Source: Patescibacteria group bacterium (lineage in GTDB: Bacteria > Patescibacteriota > Microgenomatia > UBA1400 > PJMF01). From it: a stretch of DNA of 64,000 nucleotides. Every line of letters begins with the position of its first letter. The stretch's first letter is position 1. The stretch is taken from the NCBI GenBank assembly GCA_041747555.1, contig JBGTEY010000008.1, positions 3,557 to 67,556 on the forward strand, read 5' to 3'. Below the pieces are notes generated by a model. The model saw only the letters and a program-made list of their open reading frames with translations. It was not told where the DNA came from and did no database searches. This document shows, piece by piece, positions 20,086 through 30,413 of this stretch. A program made the translations under genes and the position numbers.

Positions 20086-20159
20086 TGGGTGATCATGGAT
20101 TCGAACCATGGACCTCAGTCTTATCAGGACTGCGCTCTAACCAACTGAGCTAATCACCC
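20086..20159 (-). tRNA. tRNA-Ile (GAT)
   Basis: The reverse complement gives GGGTGAT...CTGATAA anticodon loop...GGTTCGAATCC...ATCACCC. Confidence 0.8.
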
Positions 20160-20222
20160 ATAAAATCAATCTGTTAAGAGGCGTTATTGTACCACGACCT
20201 TGTGTGTATCGCGATCCTAGAT

Positions 20223-22784
20223 CTAGATTGTAAGGACGAAGGAATTGTTTTTATAATCGGCAATGACCAAGCCTCCATCTGATACCTGACCAGAGATGAT
20301 CTTGGTCGCGAGTTCATCGAGTATGCTGTTTTGGAGTAGCCGTTTGAGCGGTCGTGCTCCGAATACTTCATCATATCCGGTTCGAGAAAAATACTCGACC
20401 GCGTCATCCGTCACCTTGAGTGAAATCTTTTTCTGGGCGAGCCTTTTTTCAATTTCTTTTATCTGTAATTTCACAATTTCTTTGATTTCCTCCTGGGTGA
20501 GTGGCTGGAAAATAATAATGTCATCGAGCCGATTGATGAATTCTGGTTTAAATGCTTGTTTGAGATGTTCTTGTACGGCTGCGAGTTGGGCGTCAGGATT
20601 ATCTGCATGCGCTGCAATCTCTGAACTCCCCAGATTAGAGGTCAAAATAATGATGGTGTTTTTAAAATCAACGGTGCGACCCTTACTATCAGTAAGTCGT
20701 CCGTCATCAAGAATTTGCAGAAGCACATTAAAAACATCAGAGTGCGCTTTCTCAATTTCATCAAAGAGGAGCACTGAATAGGGGTGTCGTCGAACTGCCT
20801 CGGTGAGTTGCCCGCCTTCTTCATATCCCACATATCCTGGGGGCGATCCAATCAGTCTGGCCACCGCATGTTTTTCCATATATTCGCTCATGTCGATTCT
20901 GATCATCATTTGCTCGTCGTTAAATAAGAAGTCGGCTAATGATTTTGCGAGCTCTGTTTTACCAACACCCGTTGGTCCAAGAAACAGAAATGACCCAATC
21001 GGCTTGCCCTCTTCTTGAATTCCCGCTCGAGAGCGACGAACAGCGTTGGCTACAGCCATGACTGCTTCCTTTTGACCAATTACTCTTTGACCAAGAATTT
21101 CTTCTAGCTTTGTTAATTTTTCACCCTCCTCTGTCAGGAGTTTTTCTACGGGAATGCTCGTCCAGCGGGCGACTATGCTGGCAATGTCGCTTTCAGTGAC
21201 TTCTTCTTTGAGGATCTGTTGGTCTTTTTGAAGGGTATTGAGTTCTTTTTGTGCCTCTTCGACTCCTTTTTGAAGTTGAGGAATCTTGCCATAATTAATT
21301 TCTGCTACGCGCTGTAAATCAAGATTTCGCTCTGCTTGCGTGGCTTCTTCTCTGAGGGCATCGAGTTCTTTGCTTGATTCTTTGATCTTGTCGATGATTT
21401 TCTTTTCGTTTTGCCAGTGAATTTCTAATTGACGGTACTCTTCATTGAGCTCAGATAATAGTTTTTCAATAACTTCTAGGCGATCCTTGGAGCTAGTATC
21501 CTTTTCTTTCTTGAGTGCTTGTTTTTCAATTTCAAGCTGGCGGATTTTTCGCTCTAACTCATCGAGCTCTGCTGGTTTGCTATCAATTGCAATTCGGATT
21601 GCTGATGCTGCTTCATCCATCAAATCAATAGCTTTATCTGGTAAGAAACGATCTGCAATGTATCGATCTGAGAGCTCAACGGCGGCCACGATGGCGTTGT
21701 CGCGGATGCGGACCCCGTGGTGAGCTTCATATTTTTCTTTGATACCGCGCAAAATTGAGATGGCGTCGTCAATGGATGGCTCCTCTACCATCACTGGCTG
21801 GAAGCGTCGTTCGAGGGCAGCGTCTTTCTCTACATATTTTCGATATTCTTTAAGTGTGGTGGCGCCAACTGTTCGGAGTGATCCGCGGGCGAGCGCGGGT
21901 TTTAGCAAGTTGCCGGCGTCAGTTGAGCCTTCTTGTGCACCAGCACCCACAATTGTGTGAAGTTCATCTATAAAGAGGATAATTTCACCTTCAGCGGATT
22001 CTATTTCTTTAATAACTGCTTTGAGGCGGTCTTCAAATTCCCCCCTATATTTTGCGCCAGCGATGAGGGCGCCGAGGTCGAGGCTTAAAATACGCTTGTG
22101 TTTGAGAGCGTCTGGAATGTCGCCGTCAATGATTTTTTTTGCCAAGCCTTCGACGATTGCAGTTTTTCCAGTGCCTGGCTCTCCGACGAGTACCGGATTG
22201 TTTTTAGTTCTGCGGGACAGTATCTGGGTGATTCTTCTGATTTCAGCGTCACGACCGATGACGGGGTCGATTTTTCCGTCTCGCGCGAGTTGGGTGAAAT
22301 CGATGGTGTATTTTTCGAGCGATTGATATTTGCCTTCTGGGTCTCGATCGGTGACTTTTTGTGTACCGCGGACGTCTTTGAGAACGTCGCTCACCTGTTT
22401 TTTGGTTACATCGAATGATTTTTTGATTTCTGATTGGTCTAGCAGCGCTAATAAGAGGTGCTCGGTGCTGACATACTCGTCTCTGAGCTTGCCCGCTTCG
22501 CTTTCTGCGTTTGTGAAAACGGCATTGAGTTCACGTGAAAGCTGTGGCTGGACGCTTTCAGACAATGTGGGTTGTTTGGTGAGTATGTCTTTTATTGATT
22601 GGGCAACTTTTGTCGGGTCTGTGTCTAGTTTTTGTAAAATTGAAGGCACGATTCCACCAGGCTGATTGACCAGCACAAGCGCCAAGTGCTCTGGTTGAAT
22701 TTGAGCGTGTGAAAGTTTGTTTGCTAACTCGAGTGCACCCTGGAGGGCTTCTGCGGATTTGGTGGTTAGTTTTTGGAGATTCAT
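20223..22784 (-). CDS. clpB: Chaperone ClpB (start taken at MNLQKLT)
   Basis: Two AAA+ modules ([16 protein letters not shown]), a coiled-coil middle domain, and a Clp N-domain. Confidence 0.85.
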   Translation of the reverse strand: MNLQKLTTKSAEALQGALELANKLSHAQIQPEHLALVLVNQPGGIVPSILQKLDTDPTKVAQSIKDILTKQPTLSESVQPQLSRELNAVFTNAESEAGKLRDEYVSTEHLLLALLDQSEIKKSFDVTKKQVSDVLKDVRGTQKVTDRDPEGKYQSLEKYTIDFTQLARDGKIDPVIGRDAEIRRITQILSRRTKNNPVLVGEPGTGKTAIVEGLAKKIIDGDIPDALKHKRILSLDLGALIAGAKYRGEFEDRLKAVIKEIESAEGEIILFIDELHTIVGAGAQEGSTDAGNLLKPALARGSLRTVGATTLKEYRKYVEKDAALERRFQPVMVEEPSIDDAISILRGIKEKYEAHHGVRIRDNAIVAAVELSDRYIADRFLPDKAIDLMDEAASAIRIAIDSKPAELDELERKIRQLEIEKQALKKEKDTSSKDRLEVIEKLLSELNEEYRQLEIHWQNEKKIIDKIKESSKELDALREEATQAERNLDLQRVAEINYGKIPQLQKGVEEAQKELNTLQKDQQILKEEVTESDIASIVARWTSIPVEKLLTEEGEKLTKLEEILGQRVIGQKEAVMAVANAVRRSRAGIQEEGKPIGSFLFLGPTGVGKTELAKSLADFLFNDEQMMIRIDMSEYMEKHAVARLIGSPPGYVGYEEGGQLTEAVRRHPYSVLLFDEIEKAHSDVFNVLLQILDDGRLTDSKGRTVDFKNTIIILTSNLGSSEIAAHADNPDAQLAAVQEHLKQAFKPEFINRLDDIIIFQPLTQEEIKEIVKLQIKEIEKRLAQKKISLKVTDDAVEYFSRTGYDEVFGARPLKRLLQNSILDELATKIISGQVSDGGLVIADYKNNSFVLTI

Positions 22785-22858
22785 GACGTACTTCTCGCAA
22801 TTGGTTCGTACTACAACTGTAATTGTAATAAAGAACACTATTTGTGTGAAGTAGCAAA

Positions 22859-22885
22859 TTAGCAGTTACAATGCATGATTGCTAA
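22859..22885 (-). promoter_or_regulatory. Second CIRCE-like element, 75–100 nt upstream of clpB
   Basis: TTAGCAGTT-N9-GATTGCTAA, nearly identical to the lon element. Confidence 0.35.
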
Positions 22886-23079
22886 TGAGCCTTTCTATCG
22901 ACTATATTGACAGATATAATGTTATAGGATAAAATTATTTTGTACCTCTAGCTCTATCTAACTACGTAAAAATACATGCTATTTGACACGCGGATGAATG
23001 AGCGGGGTACCTGTACCTTAACAAGTGAGTGATAAGAATAATTAAGAAGCAAGTTGCTCCGATTTCTCTATCTCTTTTA

Positions 23080-23131
23080 TTTGTGGTGCGCGATGATTAC
23101 TGAAATTTCAGTATTTATCACGCACCACAAA
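23080..23131 (+). promoter_or_regulatory. Nested perfect palindromes in the leader of the 23166 gene. Outer 11-bp arms are TTTGTGGTGCG / CGCACCACAAA. Inner 16-nt palindrome is TACTGAAATTTCAGTA.
   Basis: Direct sequence reading; the element ends about 34 nt before the ATG. Confidence 0.35.
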
Positions 23132-23165
23132 TGAGTGGTGTAACAATCACAATAGGAGTCCAAAA

Positions 23166-23825
23166 ATGAGAAAGATGTTTTTGCTACTAGTAGCAGCAAT
23201 TCTGGTCATGCTAGCTGCATTGGCCAGAAGCGCAGAAGAACCAGTTCGGGGGCAGACGGAGAGTTCCTTATGCCTCCCCGTAGTTGCCAATCAGCGTGAG
23301 CTCGATTGGAATTACGGGTACGACGGTCGGGAAAAATCCCACAATGCCGTCTTACCTGAAGAGTTTATAGGTTGGTCACTATTCAGCTCCTGCGAAAGTG
23401 GGAAGTTGACCAGTGAGGTAGCATCCTTCGCCTCAAAGGGCTGGGCGAGGTTGCCCTACGGAGCAGGTCCAAACTGTTTCGGAAAGCTTTCCAATCCCGA
23501 TGGAGAGGTGGTATACACCTTAAACCCACAGGGCTGGCTCAAAGCCAGCGGGGAGCTGGTACTGGTCAGTCCAGTACCAAATGTCTGGAATCAAGTCCAG
23601 ACATGGAAAATTGAGGGAGGCGTGACGCCCTTGAACACGCAAGCAGTAGTGGTTTTCTGGGAGAGGAACTTGCACGAAGTAGTATTCCTGCAAAACGGAA
23701 TATTTACCTTCGCGCCTCCACCTGAGGCGAGCAACTGGATGTCAACTTTACTGCGGCTCAACATAGGCGGAGACACCTATCTCTCCGAATATGTAACGCT
23801 TGGGGGAGCCCTCCCCCCGCCCTAA
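23166..23825 (+). CDS. Secreted Cys-containing hypothetical protein with a signal peptide
   Basis: N-terminal hydrophobic signal (MRKMFLLLVAAILVMLAALA), RBS AGGAG 8 nt upstream, and a strong terminator downstream. Confidence 0.45.
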   Translation: MRKMFLLLVAAILVMLAALARSAEEPVRGQTESSLCLPVVANQRELDWNYGYDGREKSHNAVLPEEFIGWSLFSSCESGKLTSEVASFASKGWARLPYGAGPNCFGKLSNPDGEVVYTLNPQGWLKASGELVLVSPVPNVWNQVQTWKIEGGVTPLNTQAVVVFWERNLHEVVFLQNGIFTFAPPPEASNWMSTLLRLNIGGDTYLSEYVTLGGALPPP

Positions 23826-23856
23826 GATATCACTCACTTATAGAATAGGTATAGTA

Positions 23857-23893
23857 GGCCCCCGTTGATGAAAACTTCAACGGGGGCCTTTTT
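23857..23893 (+). terminator. Rho-independent terminator (12-bp GC-rich stem followed by a T-run)
   Basis: ggcccccgttga-tgaaaact-tcaacgggggcc followed by ttttt. Confidence 0.6.
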
Positions 23894-23911
23894 GTGGTCT
23901 TTAATTCCACT

Positions 23912-23940
23912 AAAAAAGCACCAATTTCTTGGTGCTTTTT
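23912..23940 (-). terminator. Bidirectional terminator hairpin (A-run, 8-bp stem, T-run); the likely 16S transcript terminator
   Basis: aaaaaagcaccaa-tttc-ttggtgcttttt. Confidence 0.5.
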
Positions 23941-24096
23941 AGTAATTTCAAAATGACAGGTTTCTGTGTTATCAGAAACACATACGATGGTAAAAACCGA
24001 CCTAGGTATGGTGGCCATAGGGATTTTTTTGTTTGTTTCAAAGCAATTACTCGCTTTGGGAAACGGGAGGTCGTGAGGTCTCCCACCCATCTCCTT

Positions 24097-25585
<1,489 letters not shown>

Positions 25586-25729
25586 AAAATTTATTAGCGT
25601 TATATATTAATTGATTAAAATCAATTGGATTTCACTGTTAACCTGCGAAAGAGATTCGCAGGCGCTATTTGGATAGGTGACCCAAATAGCTAAGAAATTG
25701 AACGGTTTCTACCATCGTATGTATTACTG

Positions 25730-25756
25730 ATGATAAATTCATTCTGTCATTGTCAA
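25730..25756 (-). promoter_or_regulatory. Candidate sigma70-like promoter for 16S (TTGACA-15 nt-TATCAT), with a predicted start site at the base of the leader/trailer processing stem
   Basis: Minus-strand reading ttgaca...tatcat; spacing and the downstream leader stem are consistent. Confidence 0.3.
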
Positions 25757-25882
25757 TATAAACTGTTAAAGAACCACACGCAGATGCTGGCTACTGTGTA
25801 GGCCAGGGGTTCATCTTACTCATGTTTGAAAACCTCCGGTGATGAGTATCTTGCAAGCAAGACTTTATCAGGAGAATGATTA

Positions 25883-27016
25883 TTATAGCAAAGAATTTTT
25901 GTTTGCCAAGGGTGTAGATATGACTCCCCCACCAAGACAAATGGTTGCATTTTCTGATTCACTATATAGAACTGCCGACTGCCCGGTGGCGATACCTTTA
26001 GTTGGGGAACTGAGCGCGACTGTTTTGTCTTGGAGCGTGCAGGGAATGCGTTCACCGGTGTGGCGGATTCGCACAGTTAGCTGCGCATCTGTTTGCGGGT
26101 TATTTTGACTGATCCAATGTATATCTTCTATTTTAAACGACTCCCTCAATGTCTCACTCCCAAACCCAACCACCAGCTGGTTCAATTCAGAATTTTTTTC
26201 TATCACATAAAATGGTGGAATATTGTGCTTATCTATAGTAGTACCATCTTCTGCCGTGATAGCCGTTGTTGCTTCTATAGTGAATCCGTGTCTCTGACCA
26301 ATAGTGTAAAACCACAATCCTGTATGTGATCCAATCACATTTCCAGAAGTATCAACGACATCTCCTGGATTTTCACCGAGTCGGTCTTTGAGAAATCCAT
26401 GCACATTGATATCGCCAATGAAGCAAATTCCAACTGAGTCTTTTTTATCAGCTACATGAATTAACCGAGTCTTTGCTTCGTCTCGCACTTGATCCTTGGT
26501 AAGCTCTGCTAGAGGAAAAATAGTATGCGCAAGTTGCTGGGCATTTAAAACATACAGAAAATACGTCTGGTCTTTGTGTGTATCTACCGGAACGCAGAGC
26601 TGATTATCTACAATTTTTGCATAATGCCCGGTCGCCACAAAATCAAATCCCTGCTCCATCGCCCAGTCATAAAACAATCCAAACTTTATTTCTTTGTTGC
26701 AAAGTACATCTGGGTTTGGCGTTCTGCCTTTTTGATATTCGTCAAAAAAGTTTTCTACTACTTTCTCTTTATATGCATCTTTAAAATCAAGAACTTGAAA
26801 TGGTATATCAAGTGACAGCGCGACTGCCAAGGCATCTTTTCGATCTTGATCTGTTCTGCATCCGGGCGCGCGCCAGCATTCCATAAAGACACCAGTTACA
26901 TCATATCCCTGCTCTTTGAGCAAGTGAGCGCATACAGAAGAGTCAACACCACCAGACATGCCGAGTGCGACTTTCTTCTTTTTTGAGAGTGTGTTTGGTT
27001 TTGTTGGTGATTTCAT
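25883..27016 (-). CDS. mnmA: tRNA-specific 2-thiouridylase
   Basis: PP-loop SGGVDSS and overall MnmA architecture. Confidence 0.85.
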   Translation of the reverse strand: MKSPTKPNTLSKKKKVALGMSGGVDSSVCAHLLKEQGYDVTGVFMECWRAPGCRTDQDRKDALAVALSLDIPFQVLDFKDAYKEKVVENFFDEYQKGRTPNPDVLCNKEIKFGLFYDWAMEQGFDFVATGHYAKIVDNQLCVPVDTHKDQTYFLYVLNAQQLAHTIFPLAELTKDQVRDEAKTRLIHVADKKDSVGICFIGDINVHGFLKDRLGENPGDVVDTSGNVIGSHTGLWFYTIGQRHGFTIEATTAITAEDGTTIDKHNIPPFYVIEKNSELNQLVVGFGSETLRESFKIEDIHWISQNNPQTDAQLTVRIRHTGERIPCTLQDKTVALSSPTKGIATGQSAVLYSESENATICLGGGVISTPLANKNSLL

Positions 27017-27041
27017 TTGATCCTATATTGTACCAAATTAA

Positions 27042-28529
27042 TTGCTGCTGCCCATGTACCAACAGTATCCCCAGCAGTATAATGCACCAAATATCGAACC
27101 GACCATGAAAACGAGCGTCCTTATCAAACCTAATTCATTTCATGCAGAAAAGCATTGGTACCCCAAGGCTCTCAATGCGCAAATTCATCCAGCAGTTTCT
27201 TTTTTTATGCATCTTGGCAATGAGCGAATTGCCACCAGATATGCTCATCTGAATCCAAAAGTAGATAAACAAGCATTACTTGCAATCCTGTCTCACCGCA
27301 CTAAATATTTTAGGTGGGGTGGTACAGATTTGATGAGAACGGTGACTGCAAGTGGTCGTTCGCGCATGGTTGTGATCGAAACAAACTCATGTCCCTCTGG
27401 TCAAAAATCATTTCCGGTACTCAACGACAGTGATGAGCAAGGTGGTTATCGTCGATTAATTGAGTCAACATTTCTTCCTCAAGTTACAGCGCACAAGGCA
27501 AAAGGTGAGTTGGCAGTTTTTTATGACAAAAATGAAATGGAGGCTGAGGGGTATGCGGCCGCCATGGCTGATGTATTTAATGAAAATGTTCACCTCATTG
27601 AATGGCATGACGAACCGGAATCTGGAGTAAGAGTTAAAGCTGAGACTATCGAGGTATATACTTCTGAAAAAACATGGATCCCAATCCGCGCAGGATTTCG
27701 TTACGTTACGCAGCGCCCATGGAATCGAATTCCTGTACAAACAAAAACACTGTTGCTCAATCCCATCATCAGTTGTCTAGCAGGCGGTCGAAATAAACTA
27801 GTCGCTGCCAAAGCCTACAACCTCTTCAACGCCGAGCTTAGTGGAAAAGGCCTAGAAATAGCTACTCCAAAAACAATTTGGGACGTCAACAAGAATGAAG
27901 TTAGACTCTGGGTAAAGCAGTTTGGAGGCAAAGCGGTAGTCAAAATACCTTATGGGAATGCAGGCCAAGGTGTCTACCCCATTACTTCAGAACAAGAACT
28001 CGATGATTTTATGAGTCTAGATTTTTCGTACGATAAATTTATCGTACAAAGTCTCATTGGAAACTACAACTGGAGTTCATCTACCGAAACAGACAAATTT
28101 TATCAAACAGGAACCATCCCCAGTGCCAAAGGTAATACCTTTGTCTTTGACCTCAGAATGATGGTGGTAAATGGTAAGGAAGGCTTCTCACCAATGGCCA
28201 CATATGCCAGAAAAGCCCTCATCCCCATGACCGACACGATCGCTACTGGGCTCGATTCAAGAGAAATGCTGATCACTAATTTGTCAGGAAAACTACCAGA
28301 TGGCACATGGACTACCGATACTTCAAGATTACTCCTCATGGATAGAAAAGATTTCAATCGATTAGGTATCAGTCTTGACGATTTAATCTCTGGATACATT
28401 CAGTCGGTGTTGGCGGTGACCGCAATTGACAACATGGCGCAACAGCTTATTTCTACCAAAAAAAAGTTCAAACGAAAATTATTTGCTTCACTCAACGACG
28501 ATGACCAGCTACTTCAGGAAATACTCTGA
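27042..28529 (+). CDS. Divergent ATP-grasp-like protein with a roughly 270-aa N-terminal domain of unknown function (start may be at MKTSV, 27105)
   Basis: K...VVKIPYGNAGQGV glycine-rich loop, the IVQSLI (vvQeyI-like) block, and a downstream DLR...R block; 1-nt coupling to the next ATP-grasp gene. Confidence 0.35.
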   Translation: MLLPMYQQYPQQYNAPNIEPTMKTSVLIKPNSFHAEKHWYPKALNAQIHPAVSFFMHLGNERIATRYAHLNPKVDKQALLAILSHRTKYFRWGGTDLMRTVTASGRSRMVVIETNSCPSGQKSFPVLNDSDEQGGYRRLIESTFLPQVTAHKAKGELAVFYDKNEMEAEGYAAAMADVFNENVHLIEWHDEPESGVRVKAETIEVYTSEKTWIPIRAGFRYVTQRPWNRIPVQTKTLLLNPIISCLAGGRNKLVAAKAYNLFNAELSGKGLEIATPKTIWDVNKNEVRLWVKQFGGKAVVKIPYGNAGQGVYPITSEQELDDFMSLDFSYDKFIVQSLIGNYNWSSSTETDKFYQTGTIPSAKGNTFVFDLRMMVVNGKEGFSPMATYARKALIPMTDTIATGLDSREMLITNLSGKLPDGTWTTDTSRLLLMDRKDFNRLGISLDDLISGYIQSVLAVTAIDNMAQQLISTKKKFKRKLFASLNDDDQLLQEIL

Positions 28530-29428
28530 TGAAAAAAATGTCCCTGTGGTTTTGTCCTATACGCAATCCACAACCATATGAGCATGACCGCATTCTTGAG
28601 GAATTGAGTCAACTCGAAATTGATTTTAAAGAAGTGCAGCTGAACGATGTAAAACTCCAACTTACATCGAATCGTTCTGAACTCTATTTAGATGATCAGA
28701 AATTGGAATTTCCTGATGTTGCTTGGGTGAGAGTTGGACCACTGTATACCAATGCGTATGAGCGAGCAGTGGCGACAGCACTTGAGTCAAATGTGCATCT
28801 CTGTATTAATCCTCGAGTAGGCAGGATGATTTCTGATCAAAAATTTTGGACGTTGCAGGTGCTTTCCAGACATAACATTCCTATTCCAAAGACAATTATC
28901 ACTCCACTCCCGTTTAGTGCGCCTAATATTGAACAAGAATTGAAGTATCCAATGGTGCTCAAACCAGACCAAGGCGCTCGAGGACTCGGCGTGATGCTTA
29001 TAGAAAACAGAAAACAGCTCCAATCAGTTGGTGGTTTGCTTGAATATTTCAAAACAGACGAGGCAATTGTTTTGCAGGAATATATTGCTTTTAATCCGGG
29101 GAGCGATATTCGGGTATGGGTATTGGGAGACAAAGTTTTGGGCGCTATGAGAAGAACTTCATCTGGCGATACCTTTACCAGTAATTTTTCTGCTGGGGGT
29201 AACGTTGAGAAGGTTGAAGTAACGGAATTTATGACAGACATTGCCCTTCGCGCAACAAGTGCTCTTGGATTAACAATTGCAGGAGTTGATCTTCTTGAAA
29301 CTCAGGATGGATATGTAGTGTGTGAGGTGAATGCAAACCCTGGCTTCAAGGGCTTTGAACGAGCAACGGATGTCAATGTTCCACGAGAAGTGTTGACATA
29401 CTTGTTAAACAAATTCCAAGAAAAATAG
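28529..29428 (+). CDS. RimK-family alpha-L-glutamate ligase (ATP-grasp)
   Basis: VVLQEYI, DIRVWVLGDKVLGAMRR, and the AGVDLLE...GYVVCEVNANPGFKG blocks. Confidence 0.6.
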   Translation: MKKMSLWFCPIRNPQPYEHDRILEELSQLEIDFKEVQLNDVKLQLTSNRSELYLDDQKLEFPDVAWVRVGPLYTNAYERAVATALESNVHLCINPRVGRMISDQKFWTLQVLSRHNIPIPKTIITPLPFSAPNIEQELKYPMVLKPDQGARGLGVMLIENRKQLQSVGGLLEYFKTDEAIVLQEYIAFNPGSDIRVWVLGDKVLGAMRRTSSGDTFTSNFSAGGNVEKVEVTEFMTDIALRATSALGLTIAGVDLLETQDGYVVCEVNANPGFKGFERATDVNVPREVLTYLLNKFQEK

Positions 29429-29438
29429 TGGAAGTGAA

Positions 29439-30413
29439 TTACTCGATCTCAATTTGATCAAAACTATTCTCTTTGCCAACATCGATTATCATTTTGGCGT
29501 ATTTCGCGGGATCGGTTATGAAAAAACTAGGGAGTTGCGGTTCAAAGTTTGGATTTAGTGTTTGAGCTGCTGAAACATCCTCGAGAGCCATCTTGCCGTA
29601 GTATAGTTGCGTGCAATCAAAATTATGCTGATTGAGCCATTTCCAGACATGAACCATGCCTTCGAAATAGACTTGGTCTTTGGTATATCCTCCAGGGAGA
29701 CTGGTATCTTCCTGCCCTCTTTTTTGTCGAACGGCCACCCGCCACCTCTGGTCTGGATCATAAATATATTTGGTAAGCACTTTCCATAAATCAACGAATG
29801 AGCTAGTTTGGGCGGTGTGAACCCCGACGTATCGGATGGCTGGAATATATGCAGATTTGTATGTTCTTGGTAGTAATGCGTGCAGTGACGCAAGACCTTC
29901 TTCAGTTGTCAAATACGACCCAAAACCATACTGCTTTTTTTTCTGAAACCATGGTTGTTGTTCGTAATTTACTCGACGAAGAGCATGGGTACCAATCTCG
30001 TGATACAGCATCCCACGCAAACCTTCTTTTCGAAAAGAAACAGGGAGGCGAAGTTTAATTGTACTGGTATTAATTGTGGTTCTGGCGACAAATGATGATG
30101 ACCAGACCTGTTCATACCGATCTTCTAAATTATGCATTTCAAGAAAGGTCGTGATCATATCTGAAACCTGTTGTTGGGATAATTCTGGTCCCTCGAGCAT
30201 TTCCAGATCCTGTTGATTTCTCCCAAAATAAGTTTTATTCAAAATTACTTGTGCAAGCTGGACCAAGTGTGGTTTGGGTAGGCCATATTGTTGCAATTTT
30301 TTTTGTGAAATATCGGTGTTATATTTAAATTGAGGATTGTAGGACTGATCCTCAAAAAACTTCGCCTTTTCCTCATGAATATTAACTGGTGTGATATCGC
30401 TGAGAAAGCTCAT
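29439..30413 (-). CDS. Protein with an HExxxH metal-binding motif and a nearby QEGLA-like (TEEGLA) motif, resembling the flavohemoglobin-expression-modulating QEGLA-motif family
   Basis: YHEIGTHAL (HExxxH) followed about 35 aa later by TTEEGLASLHALL; 4-nt overlap (ATGA) with the upstream ATP-grasp gene. Confidence 0.5.
   Translation of the reverse strand: MSFLSDITPVNIHEEKAKFFEDQSYNPQFKYNTDISQKKLQQYGLPKPHLVQLAQVILNKTYFGRNQQDLEMLEGPELSQQQVSDMITTFLEMHNLEDRYEQVWSSSFVARTTINTSTIKLRLPVSFRKEGLRGMLYHEIGTHALRRVNYEQQPWFQKKKQYGFGSYLTTEEGLASLHALLPRTYKSAYIPAIRYVGVHTAQTSSFVDLWKVLTKYIYDPDQRWRVAVRQKRGQEDTSLPGGYTKDQVYFEGMVHVWKWLNQHNFDCTQLYYGKMALEDVSAAQTLNPNFEPQLPSFFITDPAKYAKMIIDVGKENSFDQIEIE

Noticed and set aside
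22785-22838. N-terminal extensions of the clpB (MFFITITVV...), uvrB (MIISSLCHID...) and lexA (MFGGSSAILL...) ORF calls
   Set aside because: Family-typical N-termini begin at internal Mets (MNLQKLT, MNFKLHS, MAVTLYK), and those starts have better spacing to the upstream elements. The extensions are in-frame upstream read-through.
22917-22940. TTGACAgaTATAAT in the clpB divergent region, as a possible promoter
   Set aside because: The -35-like and -10-like hexamers are only 2 nt apart, so they cannot act as one sigma70 promoter. The isolated TATAAT may still act as a -10 element, but that is unsupported.
23941-24096. Possible 5S rRNA or spacer tRNA downstream of 16S
   Set aside because: No 5S-like or cloverleaf structure is present. 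The region contains only small hairpins (GGGAGGTC..GGTCTCCC, GTTTCTG..CAGAAAC) and the trailer arm of the 16S processing stem.
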